From Aplysia californica (taxonomy: Eukaryota), in assembly GCF_000002075.1 (NCBI RefSeq), contig NW_004797276.1:2177950-2241949 (forward strand): 64,000 bases of DNA, in the 5' to 3' direction. The position numbers and the translations under genes were made by a program. Position 1 is the stretch's first letter; each line of letters opens with the position of its first letter. Shown in pieces: positions 1 to 12,509 of this stretch. The notes below the pieces were generated by a model. That model searched no databases, had not been told where the DNA came from, and worked only from the letters and a program-made list of their open reading frames with translations.

Positions 1-412
1 AGAACTTGTTTGACCAAGACAATATGATATATGATCAAATGTAAGTCAGTCCTAGAGGTCGGAAAGTAGGAAAAGTATCCAAACTGGAAAATGTAGAGAC
101 AAAGTTGCTCTAAGAAAATATAAAATTGATGAAAATGGCCACCAAAAAAAGTGCATTGAATTCTTCATTGACAAATCCTCAAGGAATCAAGGTAGCCTTA
201 AGCACAAACCACAAAAAAAGGAAAAAAGAAATTTAGGTAGCCCAAAAAATTGTTAAATCGATACTGAGAACTCAGTTTCAATAGATTATAATAGTGGTAA
301 GACAGATTTTGGTCACACTGTGTAGTCCACGGCGCCCAGGGCAAACCAAAATAGGCCTACATGTAATTTCCTAGAGTCTAGTAAGTGTAGTGTAACCAAA
401 AATTCTCTACTA

Positions 413-1130
413 CAGTAGTCTCCGCCTAAGATCCCAGCCGACGAAGCCAAGGAAAAATCTACAGTGACCCATGAACTGATGTGACCCCTGGGTAGGTTTA
501 TGACATATGGCGAGCAAAGAGTGGTCAACCTTGATGACCAATCACAGTAGCATGGTGGCATGAGGCATGCCATAATATTATACTGTACACTCATTAGCAT
601 ATCGTCTCGGGATCTTTATCTACGTTTATCCAGTTGCCCCTCCCCTTTACCTGTCCAAAAATTGTAGCCTCCCATCTTTGATTGAGTCCCCCCGCCTTTG
701 TCGTTACGTACCATTACGCTGTGACCACACCAGTTAAAATTCAGGCTGTCTCACAAATTCGGGAATAGAGAAAAACTGCCTTCAACTTCAATGGTCAGGG
801 AAGAGTTCACAGTTCGATGTGATCCTGCCAGGAGTGAACTTGTAGGCCCTACCCACCCAACGAGTGATGAAAGTTGAGGTGGCGAGCTCAGATGCGAGTG
901 CAATGTTTGGGGAAAAGAAACGCCCATCGGTCAGTTCACACCTCGGTGTGATCCCGTCTGGTGATCATTGTACCGTTTCATGGAGTTTTACAACGCTTGT
1001 GATCACATTCACGAGAGTGGCTGATCTTTGACTCGACGGGCAGTTCTTTATTCTCAACTTTTAACTCTTGGTTGATCGGCTGTGCCTGCCCGGGTGTTTG
1101 TTCCGTAAATTATGATCAGAAATGCCGGCA
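413..1130 (+). mobile_element. Truncated pogo/Tc1-like non-autonomous DNA element; same family as the copy ending at ~26398
   Basis: TA|CAGTAGTCTCCGCCTAAGATCCC at ~413 is the inverted match of GGGATCTTATGCTGAGACTACTG|TA at ~26375-26400. 965-1128 is similar to 26105-26270. Confidence 0.55.
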
Positions 1131-1490
1131 CTTATTCTTTCATTAAGCTTCAAAAGTACTCAAAATGTACTTTAAAAGTAGGCAAAAGTACTTTGTAATG
1201 CACAGAATAGAGAGGGGAAAAAGTGGGGATTTGAAATCCTTTTGTGTTTAACAGTGTTTGTGTTGCGCAATGTCTACTGTATTTTTAAAATCTCTTTCAA
1301 GTCTCTATACTTTTTTTTTTTTTTACAGAAAAAAGGTTTGTCCCAGCCTCTTTCAAACAAGTTACACGTACGAAATGTGACCGATTTTTCTTTTTGCTTA
1401 TTAAATATATATGTAAACCTGCTCCCACTTCTTAAGTTCCTTCGTCACAATATTCTGATACTTCTGTTAACTGTGTCTTATAGAACTTAC

Positions 1491-2016
1491 CAGGGGATCC
1501 TGGAAGGACCACGCAGTCATCTGAAGGATCGTCCCCTTCCACTTTGATCACCATATGGTTTCCCGCCGTTTCACTAACAACAGGAGCATCATACTTGACA
1601 GAGTATTTTTGCTGGGCAGATTCTGTCTCTTCAGAGTCACTCAGGCTTCCCATGGCACTAGCACTTTGCCTTGGTTTGTCATGTGGAATATCACTCGACT
1701 TCTTTACATTCTTTTTTGCTCTTTGAGAATCAATTATTTCTTCATCATGGGGAACTTGTTTGGTGCTTAATCTTGAAGGCGGTGAAGAATGATAACTATT
1801 ACTGAGAAAAGTGGTTGATGCATCATCTCCTTCCTTTGATACTTGTTCATCCACAATGTAATTGAATTTGAATTTGTGATCAACCCTGACATTGATATGT
1901 CCTATTAATTCAATACTCTCATTGAAGTCCACTTGCCCATTACAAAGAATCTGTAATGACTTCACTAGCGATGATATGAAATTGCTTGCAGCAATGTTCG
2001 AACTTTCTTCCAGCAT
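1491..2016 (-). CDS. Gene A first coding exon: unnamed conserved N-terminal domain plus low-complexity linker; paralog of gene B; downstream exons lie left of the window
   Basis: On the minus strand, acceptor ttctttctctag| opens the exon at 2028, followed by ACCAAC-ATG at 2016. ORF reads MLEESSNIAASNFISSLVKSLQILCNG...VIKVEGDDPSDDCVVLPGSP. Donor CCT G|gtaagt at 1491 (phase 1). About 34/63 aa are identical to the gene B N-terminus by manual alignment. Confidence 0.85.
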
Positions 2017-2902
2017 GTTGGTCACCAACTAGAGAAAGAATTCAAACAGATTAACATTAAAACTTTTCCATTTTATAACGTTAAAAAAAACAAAAACAAA
2101 TATGATGTAATGATGACTTGAAACCAATGAAAGATAACAATATCTGTTTGTGACATTTGTTAACTAGTGGTGTAGATGATTTCATGAAGCACTTTAAATA
2201 ACTTATAAACACATTCTGCACATGAGTTACAAGTAAAGGAAACTGAATGCTTGAAACTTTCAACCATAGTTGCTCAGAAGGCTTGCATAACACTCTGCCC
2301 AAATCCACACTTTTGATACATGGATACATCCTTAAGACAGTTTTTTCCGAGTTTTGCAGGACTTTGGAGGAATGCTCCCCGAGCCTTTTGACACATCTTG
2401 CACTTGCTGTTGAAGGTAAGCCTAGGCCTAGGTTTGACAGCGACGAAGTCTTCGAATTAATTGGTCTTTTCTTTTTTTCTTTTTTAGATACATTTAAATT
2501 CTCTGTCTTTCTAGGCCTAGATCTAGATCTATGTAGATTTAGATTCTAGATCTAGATGTCTAGTCTAGATCTGGATTCTAGAATCTAGATTTTTAGCTCT
2601 AAGATAGAGATAGGCTATCAGTTCTAATAGTCTCCTATTGGATTACAAGTGATGGGCCAGATTTTGGACTTCAGGCTAGCTTTGGGTCGTGTGTTAAACA
2701 AAGTTTAAAAAATTTATTTAGGGACCCTAATTCTTTCTAAAAATCATTCTAGAGATCTAGAATCTAGGCTGGATCTGTACCCTTAGTAAAAAGGTTGTCT
2801 AGTCTGTCAAGAAGTCCAAAACTTTGTTAAAATGTTATCAAATGGACTTCCTTTCAGACAAAACCTTCACAGCAGCAGACACTTAAATTTCAACACTGAA
2901 TA

Positions 2903-3145
2903 CCCTATCCGTATGTCGTGTTTTACTCTCGTATCCATACGATGTGGGGAACTCTGTGCCACTACTTTCCAAAGAGAAAATTTACTCGTTAATCCAATCC
3001 GTACACTTTGCATAGCAGTCTGTCAAAATGATTTTTTGAGAAATACTGAAAGTTTCAAAGAGTTCTTCGCACGAGAGAAGTATTCTAAAATGTGAAGAAT
3101 ACAATCCTAGGGGTACAAAATGACTCCAGGGCGTACGGATAGGAT
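2903..3145 (-). mobile_element. piggyBac-like MITE copy
   Basis: Inverted copy of 51309-51564; termini CCCTATCCGTA...TACGGATAGGA|TTAA. Confidence 0.7.
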
Positions 3146-3401
3146 TAATGAGGATTGTATAGATTGTGAAGCACATGGAGCTTGCTGTTGAGCGGGGATT
3201 TGCGCTATACATATGCTATCTATTATTAATGATCAGATCAACTTGTACAGTTTAATCTGTCCGAGACGACCACCCATTGTCGATGACAAAAGTTGTCATC
3301 TCATACTGTCATTTTTTTTATGCAGGGGGGGGGGGGGGGGCAGTGGGAAGTGATCGTTTGTAGTTTAAACAGGTGGTCGTTATAACAGGTTTGACTGCAC
3401 T

Positions 3402-4626
3402 CAGGGTTGGGTTGATTTAAATCAGGTTGATTTAAATCAGTTGATTTTTTTTATTTAAATCAACTTGATTTTTTAAATAAAAATCAGTGATTTAAATCAC
3501 TTTTTTTTAAAATTATTTTTATTCGGTTTTTACACATTTCAACATTCAGAATTCCTTTCCTTGGTTTCATATAACAGATATAAGGTTTAGTAGACTAATA
3601 TAATCATGCTTAAAAGTCTGCTTTCCACCCTTTCACTGTAAAATAATACAGTATTCAATTTACTTTTTTTTCCATAAAATGAAATCAGAGCTGGGTTGAT
3701 TTAAATCAGTTGATTAAAAATTTTTTAAAATCAATTTGATTTTAAAAATAAAAATCAGTGATTTAAATCACTTTTTTTAAAAATGTATTCAGATTTTACA
3801 TATTTAAACTTTCAGAATTCCTTTCCTTGGTTATATTTTAAACGGATATAAGGTTTAGTAGACTAATATAATCATGCTTAAAAGTCTGCTTTCCCCCCTG
3901 TCACTGTAAAATAATACAGTTCTCAATTTACTTTTTTTCCATAATTGAAAACCAGGGTTGGGTTGATTTAAATCGGGTCGATTTAAATCAGTTGATTTTT
4001 TAAAATTTAAATCAACTTGATTTTAAAAATAGAACTCAGTGATTTAAATCACTTAAAAAAAATGTTTTCTGTTTTTACATCTTTAAACATTCAGAATTCC
4101 TTTCCTTGGTTTTATAAAACATATAAGGTTTAGTAGACTAAAACTGCTTAAAAGTCTGCTTTCCCCCCCTGTCACTGTAAGTAGTAAAATAATACAGTAT
4201 TCAATTTACTTTTTTTTCATAATTGAAATTAGCATTTTCTTTTTCTTTTTAGACAAACACAAGCGCGTGCTCACACACACACTGTAATAAAAATAAAATG
4301 CAAGTTTATCTATGCATAATTACCCCCCCCCCCCCCTCCTTCCTTTTAGACTGACATTTTCTTCATTTTTTGTCTGTAGCCATAATTCACTGATATAGCA
4401 GATTAAGGCTTTCTAAAATTGCAGTTGCTTAAATTAATCATTAGTTAAAATAAAGACAATGCATTTTGCACTAAAAGAACATACTTTTAGCCACCAAAAA
4501 TCCCAAACTGTGTCGACATTTTGAAAAAAATCAAAAAAATCCGATTTAAATAAAAAAAATCTGATTTAAATTTTAAAAATCGATTTTTTAATTTTTATCC
4601 CCCCCCCAAAAAAATCACCAACCCTG
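3402..4626. mobile_element. hAT-like non-autonomous element with an internal ~270-bp triple tandem repeat
   Basis: TIR CAGGGTTGG...CCAACCCTG; 8-bp TSD actgcact/actgtact; GATTTAAATC subterminal repeats; three units at ~3402-3690, 3690-3955 and 3955-4230. Confidence 0.8.
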
Positions 4627-5392
4627 ACTGTACTACGAGTGAGTGCTACTGCTAGTGCCCTGTCACTTCTAAATTTAACGCAAGCTTCCTGGCTAACAGG
4701 TAAAGCAGAAAGGTCAGTACCTAACTGCGAAATATAAAAAATGTATGGGCTGGGCGGTCAAAATATTTGGTTAATCAAAATGCCAGAAAAGGCAGAATTT
4801 TAGTTTATGCAAATTTTAAAGAGCAACAACACAAAAAAAATTAATTAAAAAAATTGAAAGTATGCAAGAAGTTTAGGCAAACAAAATTAGTAATTATTAT
4901 CCATACTTGGTTTCGTAAGTAAGCGATTGAACCGTGATGAAAATTATAAGGGCATGCTAGTGCTGAGAAATATGCCCTAAACATGATACAGTAGTCTCTG
5001 CCTAAACGCACGGTGCTCGGGACGACCCATAAGTATGCATTTATACGGAGCGTGAGTCATGAACCTGTGCAAGGAAGGAATGGGCGCAACTGTCTTATTT
5101 CCTAGATATTTTAGTGACCCTTGGAGGGTGGGGGATCAGTTTGGACGACAACGTGACGACACATGACAGTTTTGTGAAGAATCCCTCGACTGCGGTATGA
5201 ATTATGAATACTAAGGGGGGGGGGGGGGGGAGCGCAAAAAGGGACTCACTGTTCTGTATATAGTATATATATAATTATAATATCATGTCTGTCCACCCCG
5301 GTCATAATCAGTCGTAGTGGGTGGATTCCATGTACAGTTAGTTCGTGTGGTCTATTTGGTTGTTTTTGGCTGTGGCAGGGGGTTAGGCGAAA

Positions 5393-5648
5393 GGCCACCT
5401 CTATTCTCACCCCGGGTGAGAATAGTGCAGGCGAGTCTTTTGGCTATATAGATTCTCACCCGGTGCGCGTTCACCGTTATAGCCTAAATCTAGGCCAACC
5501 AATTTTGCGTTCACCCTAAACCACAGAATTCTACACTGTGATAACAGAAAAATTTTAGAATTCTGTGCCGTGAACAAACGTTTCATTACTACTGTTAGCC
5601 TACTAAAAGCGTACAATTTTGTCTGTGGGCAGTGGAGAGAGAGAGAGA

Positions 5649-5708
<60 letters not shown>

Positions 5709-6230
5709 AGTAGCGCCAGAACTTCCGGGCAAAACAAAATGGCAACCCGCGTAGTTCGGCTCGATTCGAAAAGTTAAATAGCCATAGCATCTTTGTAGAC
5801 GACCAAATTAATTTACTTTTGTGTTTTAACATCATCTTTAAACTTTGTTTTGGTCAATTTGATCGTCCACACCGATAGACCGTATTCAGAAAGAGACAGA
5901 TCTAGAGAGAGAGAGAAGAGGGGATGAGTAGATCTTGCGAGAACTTCCAGGCAAAACAAAATGGCGACCCCCGTAGTTCGGCTCGATTCAAAAAGTGAAA
6001 TAGCCATAGCATCTTTGTAGTCGATAAAATTAGCTTACTTTTGTGCTATAACGTAATCTTTTCTTTGCCTTTATCCATTTGATCATCCACATCGATAGAA
6101 AGTATTCCGAAATTAGGAAAAACAGGTCTTGTTTCACACCGGGTGAGAATAGCGTACGGTGGCAAGTCTCACCCCGGGTGAGAGGTCGATCGTATTTCTA
6201 TTCTCACCCCGGGTGAGAATAGCCACTTCC
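5393..6230. mobile_element. MULE/MuDR-like MITE
   Basis: Exact 9-bp TSD taggcgaaa (5384-5392, 6231-6239); GG...CC termini; palindromic CTATTCTCACCCCGGGTGAGAATAG repeats at both ends; internal (GA)n and a ~230-bp duplication. Confidence 0.8.
5634..5705. repeat. (GA)n microsatellite
   Basis: Seen directly. Confidence 0.95.
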
Positions 6231-6239
6231 TAGGCGAAA

Positions 6240-6600
6240 ATGAGTCATGTCCACTGCAAGCCTCTCCCAGACTGTGCTAACCTCCAAATCCCCAGTTTCG
6301 TGTTGTAATGGAGCAGGGTCTATCGACTGACATCTCTTACAATTCTTCACGGCTGATTTCAGTTGTTCCTTTGTCTTTGTTATTGTCGGATCAACTTCCT
6401 TGGCCAGATACCATGACCGTTCAACCCCCATGTGGTGCTGGTTATGCAGATATCCATGACAACGGTACTTTTGTTGCAGCACCGATCGCAGAACTCTCTT
6501 CTTAGTAGGCCTACTCATTTCTGGTTTGCTGGTTTGAGCCAACCACTCTTTCTTTACTCTTGTTAAAGAGTCAGCCTTGTCGTACTTCGAAGGCACGAGA
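6240..6600 (-). mobile_element. Ty3/Gypsy LTR retrotransposon integrase fragment
   Basis: HNQHHMGVERSWYLA...VKNCKRCQSIDPAP...WERLAVDMTHF: HHCC zinc-binding region plus the first catalytic Asp of the rve core. Confidence 0.8.
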
Positions 6601-9544
6601 TATCTAGATCTAATAATAGCCAATGTTACAAACAAACACTACAAAATACAATTTATTAGTCTACAAAAGACTTGAAAAACAAAAAATGCAGTTAATTGTC
6701 ATTAGGATTAGGTTAGGCCTAGGATCAAACGATTGTGTCATTATCGACGTCGAACCAGAGAAAACGAACAGTCATCAAAACATCTAGCCTACCTGGATCA
6801 TTCGAGAGAACTTTGCTTCAAAACAGAAGTTTTCTGTGGTCAAATGAAAATATTTCCTGTAATTCTAACTTAGATTCTAGTGCACTTATGCTCTCTGGGG
6901 TACAAAAGTAAATCTTTGTAAACAGAAAGAAGAGACGTCTTCTGTTTCAGTTTCTTTTACTAAGACTCGAATCCAGTAGGTAATAGAGTTAAAATCGATA
7001 CAAATACTTGCTGCATAGAGCCTATGTATCGGCGCGGAGTGACACAGAATCAAGGAGTTTAGAACTACTGTAAACTCCTTGCACAAAATGAATTGCCATT
7101 CGAGTGCTTGGAATTAATTATGTAATTAGGCCTAGTGTCATACTATTATTTAAGTAAATTATAAGGCTACTTTAAACCACAGACTTGACTGATAACACAT
7201 GATATGAGCAGACTTGACAGCACATTATATAGGTCTATAGTTAAGTACCATATATGTACACAGAAAACAAACGCTTCTTATTATGTCTAATTGTGGACTT
7301 GAACCTCAACACACATGTCTTTCATTTAATTTAATACTATTCTCACCATAGACAGCCCCGTCATCCCACCTCTATACATTTGAAAGCAGTTGGAATAGAC
7401 TGGTAAACCCAGAAAGCAAAATTTTAAGCAACAACAAGAGATTGAAAAAAAAAAACCAAACAAAAACTTCATTCTTTTAAAGATTGTATAACCTATACAT
7501 ATGTACAAGGTGAATTTTTTGTTTTCAAAATTTAGAATTTAAATTTCATCATTTAAAAAAAAAAATTTCTTGAGCAGCAACCGATATGATTTACATATAT
7601 ATATATATATATATGTATCCTATCCTACATGATATGTCCTCATAAAAACTATTATAGGCATCGGGGAGAGAATTAAGAAACGTTATTAAAGAGATTTATA
7701 ATGTTATCTTGTGGACACTAATAAGCAAAGATTGAAAATATCTTAGTAGCAAGCTGGCAATACATACCACATATATATGTATCTTTGGTTTTGCTTTTCT
7801 AATCTCTGAAAATCAAGTAAAGAAAGATTTTTTTAGAAAACAAAACCGAAGCACCTGCATGTCAGTCATAAAATGGAAAGACAAAAGAAGATAAGAGATA
7901 AGCAGTGACAGTGATAAATATGTAGCGACGACTGAAGACAAAAGACTTTTGGACTCCCCACAAAATCAGCGGGGTTTTTTTTCGACCTGGCCTAGTTCCA
8001 AGCTAGTTCTTAGTGTCTAATTGAAGACTCATGGCTAACGAAGTTTTATAGACATTTCTCAAAGATTGGAAAATAAGGTTGAAGGAGTTAGATCTAGCCA
8101 AGGACCTTAATTACAACATAAAATTTGTTAACATCTCTTTTGATCTAACCTCTTGCCTGTACAACAACATTAATATGTAATAAAACAATGTTGGTATCGA
8201 TATTTAAAAGTGTTTGCCCTGATTTTAATCAAAGATCCTGCTTTGTCGAATGTTGCCAAATCAGATTTGCCTCCCAAGCAGAACAAAATTAAACCTAACC
8301 TATTTGGCAAACCAGTTAAAACGCACAAAGGCGCTAAGGTTTTGAACAATTCAGATTTAGATCTACTGCTCTCAGTGTGAAAAGGTGAATGCCCCCCCAA
8401 AAAAAAAGGTCAGGGTAGGCCAAGACTAAGATGGAATTTCTTAAGGATTTGTCAGTTAAAACATGTGTAGATCTAGCAGGGGAAAAGGCAGGGATGATAA
8501 AAGTTTTGAGAGAGAATCTAAGCAGACTGGAGAGCCATGGCGCCGATATCTCTCTCTTTCAGCTATGGCAAGGGGGGAAAAGAAGAACCAAAACACAATA
8601 GCTGGCCATAGATAGAGTCTTGGAGTAATACACTGACAATACGCATGCACAGTGACGATAGATTGAAACACGATAAAAAGACACTCTGCCAATGTTCTGC
8701 ATCTCTTATATTCAAGCTCTATTTCTCTTTAAATATTTTGACATCTCTGGTTATGGGGCTTCTTGGCTTCTTCTTTCTATGTGAAAACTCCACTATTCCC
8801 CGCCCACTAAATCAATCTGGGAACTAAAAGCGAGCCTCGTTTTGGCGGCAAGTCATCAATATTCAACCACCTCCCTATGACTTTTGACCCTATTACATGG
8901 CTAAGTCAACACTCCTCAATCATATCAGCTTTTTCTTTGTTTAAAAAATGATAAAAACATAAAATCGATTGGCTATGTCACAAATATTGAACATATGTAT
9001 ACATTTATTTAAAAAGACCCTGCAAGTTAAAACAATATTTAGGTAGTAGCCACATATCTTCCTCTCATAGTAGGCCTATCTCTTTTTAATAATATAAAAG
9101 CCAGTTCTCATGAACACACATATACATGGCCTCCAGTCAGAGTGCAGGACTCCAGTCTTTTTTTTCTTCACAAAACAGGTAAGCAATACGTAGTAGCAAG
9201 TTCAAGGGTGTAGAACAAAGCCACATTATTTACAAGCACAACATTCCGTATCGTTATCTTGAGTGTTTAAGGTTAAAACGTCCGTTATGCCACCTGAATG
9301 GTTTGAGAATAGATGTTTCTTCCCTGCCTTGCAAAAGATAAATTTCAATGGTAATGTCCTTACAAAGGTCACCTTTTTGTGTATGAAACTGGTTTCCATT
9401 GGATTTTTATGACCCATTACTTCGACGTTTATCCGCTTTGAATTTATATTTTATTCTTTGAGAAACAGTCCTGCAAAGGTTTGGGCTAAGTAAGTGGATT
9501 GGATGTAAAAAGTCTTAATGTTTTATGTGAAACAGAATTAGGAC

Positions 9545-9960
9545 GAAGCTTCAGCCCGCGGAACTCGCGCATGCGCAATCCAGCTTTAGTGAAGATAATG
9601 ACGGCCATTTGGCTTTGTTGAAAAAATTACGGTAAATTCCAGCAAAATATCGTCTTTGACAGATATGCATTAGTAACCCCCTGTCGTGTATCTGGTTTTT
9701 GCCGTTTTCAGTTATTGGGTAAGTTGACTACCCGTATTTTATGCTTTTAAAGGTTTTCAAATTCTGTATTTCATGTTCTCAATTTCACAACCAGCAACAG
9801 AACCCCATCCTGGTCCGAGTGCTGCAGACTGCTGACTCAATGCCCCGTCTGCTGTGCCCTGGCAGATCTGTTGTGTTCGCTGTTGGCACCCCCTAGAACG
9901 CAACCATGCTATTTTAGAATGTTTTATACGATGCAGAATCTGTGGATGGCCTGTAAGTTA
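9545..9960 (+). promoter_or_regulatory. Candidate CpG promoter with short non-coding exons
   Basis: Perfect NRF1 palindrome GCGCATGCGC (~9567), GGCCATTT (YY1-like), and donors gtaaat/gtaagt at ~9632, 9719 and 9953. Confidence 0.3.
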
Positions 9961-10639
9961 TTTGGTTTATCAGCTGTTTATTGTGGTTGAAAGGTGAGGC
10001 TCGATGAAGATGTAGATCTAGATCTAATACTGAGTGTAACGGACTCTGAAGGAGTGAAGGTCCAGGGAATGCGACAAGAATAGGCCAAGTATGGCTGGTT
10101 GGTGCCGGTGCGGGCCCTTGCTTGCCGCAGGAGTTATGATGGCTGTTCTGTTATAACTATTTGTATAATTAACGATTGTCTTGCTAGATCTAGAATCTAG
10201 ATCTAGTTAGATAATTTAATTTATTGAAGAATTCTGTTTAGTCCTATTCTTTTAAGCGTGATTGTGAACAACAGCCTCAGACTGTCAGATTATTGTGATG
10301 CAAGGTCTACTTTAGGTTAGGGTAGGCTAAAATCACCATTCCTGCTGGTTACTTTTATTAGTCTAGATTCTATAATATTATTATATCTTGGAACAGATTT
10401 TGAACCAGAACTTGACCATATGCTGCTGTGAAAATTAAGGTAGGTAAGATTGAAGAATACCGGACCACTCGTACATTATTGCGCGAGAAAGTGGAGGGGG
10501 GGGGGGGGGGGTGTCCCCCCTGACAAAATTTTAATGAATAGAATAGATCTACCGGTCCGAGATTCTCCATTGAGAGATATTAAAAACGGGAAAATTATGA
10601 ATTCCTAAGGTTGAGACATAGGCAGTCAGTCCGCTGGTC

Positions 10640-11795
10640 CGGTATTCTTCAATCGTACCAAATTTTGATGCACTGAACACGAATATCAACTTCATTTCCG
10701 TCGCAAATTAATAGTTTTTGAAATATTTGATCGTTCTTAATCGAGATAGACGTGCTGTGGACCAATTGGGGAGGTTCCCTGCCCCCTTGAGGTAGAAGAA
10801 AATCTGGGGGAGTTACATGTTTTAACACATAATTTGATATTTTACAGTTAGATTTGAAATTCAAGGTATTTTTTTACTTTCCCTCCCGTGTCACACTCAG
10901 CTACCAGTTGTCTATTTTCTACTAAATATTGATGCGCTGAACACGAATATCAACTTCATTTCCGTTGCAAATTAATGGTTTTTGAAATATTTGATTGTTT
11001 TTAACCTAGATAGACATGCTTTGGACCAATCGGGGGGTTCCAGGGGGGCCTGCCCCACTGGGGTAAAAGAAAATCTGGGGGGTTACAGGGGGGCATGCCC
11101 CCCTGTTTTTACACCCATAATTTGATATTTTACAGTTAGATTTGAAATTGTCTTGAAAATAATTGATTTGCGACAGTTTTAGTGGCTTTATGTGTGATCT
11201 GCAGCAAACAGTACAGCAGTTTGACCCCTGAAACAGTGCATCTGTGTGCGGGAGTGAAAGTAAAAATTTACCGAAATTTACTTGAAATAATTGATTTGCG
11301 ACAGTTTTAGTGGCTTTATTTGTGATCTGCAGCAAACGGTACAGCATTTTGACCCCTGAAGCAGTGCATCTGTGTGTGGGAGTGAAAGTAAAAATTTACT
11401 GCAGTACTGTTTTCTGCAGATCACACATAAAGTCACTAAAACGATATGGTAGCTATGAGTCTCACACTTATGTAGGCCTTTTTCTACTACATATTGATTC
11501 ACTGAACACGAATATCAACTTTTTTTCCGTCACAAATTAATATTTTTGAAATGTAGTTGATTTTTCTCTATCGAGATAGATTAGGCGTGTTTTGGACTAA
11601 TCAGGGGGGCTGTTTTATTAACCCATAATTTGATATTTTACAGTTAGTTCTAGATTTGAAATTTTCTAGAAAATAATTGATTTGCGACAGTTTTAGTGGC
11701 TTTTTTGTGTGTGATCTGCAGCGAACAGTACAGCAGTTGACCCCCGAAGCAGTGAATCTGTGTGCGGGAGTGAAAGTAAAAATTTACGAAAACTG
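10640..11795. repeat. Cluster of tandem/nested copies of a DNA-transposon (MITE) family
   Basis: Repeated units 'gatgcactgaacacgaatatcaacttcatttccg' (x3) and 'gcagtgcatctgtgtgcgggagtgaaagtaaaaatttac' (x3). An inverted copy of 10864-10990 lies at ~14810-14937 and a terminal copy at ~16230-16265. Confidence 0.7.
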
Positions 11796-12509
11796 TACCT
11801 TCATGTCTTTTTTATTGTAGTAGTTATTTGCTGCAAATCAATAGGTACTGAGTTACTTACGTTTGAAAACAACTAGATCAAGAGGACAATGGCGTAGTGA
11901 TATTTTACTTGTTTTAACATGTGGAGTTTCAGGGGAGCACACCCCCACCCTGACTTTAAAAAATCGGGGGGGGGGGGGGGCATGTCATCATAATTTGACA
12001 TTTTGATTGATATTTACTTGAGAGTTCAGGGGGTTAGCCCCCGTGCGTTTGCCCATTATTTTTGGTGCAATATTACGTGGCAATTCTAATGGCCATATAT
12101 TCGTTTTTAGCACCCCCAAAAAAACGTTAGTTGGGTCACGAGAAACAGTGCGTGTGCATCAGTAAAAACGTACGGCGGAAAACACACAGGCAATGCTGAC
12201 ATCTACTTCAAATGGCCTATTTTGGCAATTTTTCAAAATGAATGCACAGTATTGAATATGGTATCAAAATTTAGCCCAAACCCTGTAGATTTCAGAAATG
12301 TTTGTGTCATGGGCAACAACTGTCTCGTTATGTAATAAAGGGCGCGTAATCACAGGTGATTTCAATTGCTTATCTCTGCAATAATGTCTTCCAAACTGAA
12401 AGCAGGACCCATCCTGATATACTCAGAGCATATATAAGCAAAAACAAGCACAAAATTCAAGAATTTATGAAAAGGGGAGACAATTAAATGAAGCCGACCA
12501 ATGCACGGT

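Noticed and set aside
3402-4230. CRISPR-like array
   Set aside because: Eukaryotic DNA; the units are ~270-bp whole duplications without unique spacers.
5407-5835. 142-aa ORF with SLSLSL repeats
   Set aside because: Translation of a (GA)n microsatellite inside a MITE.
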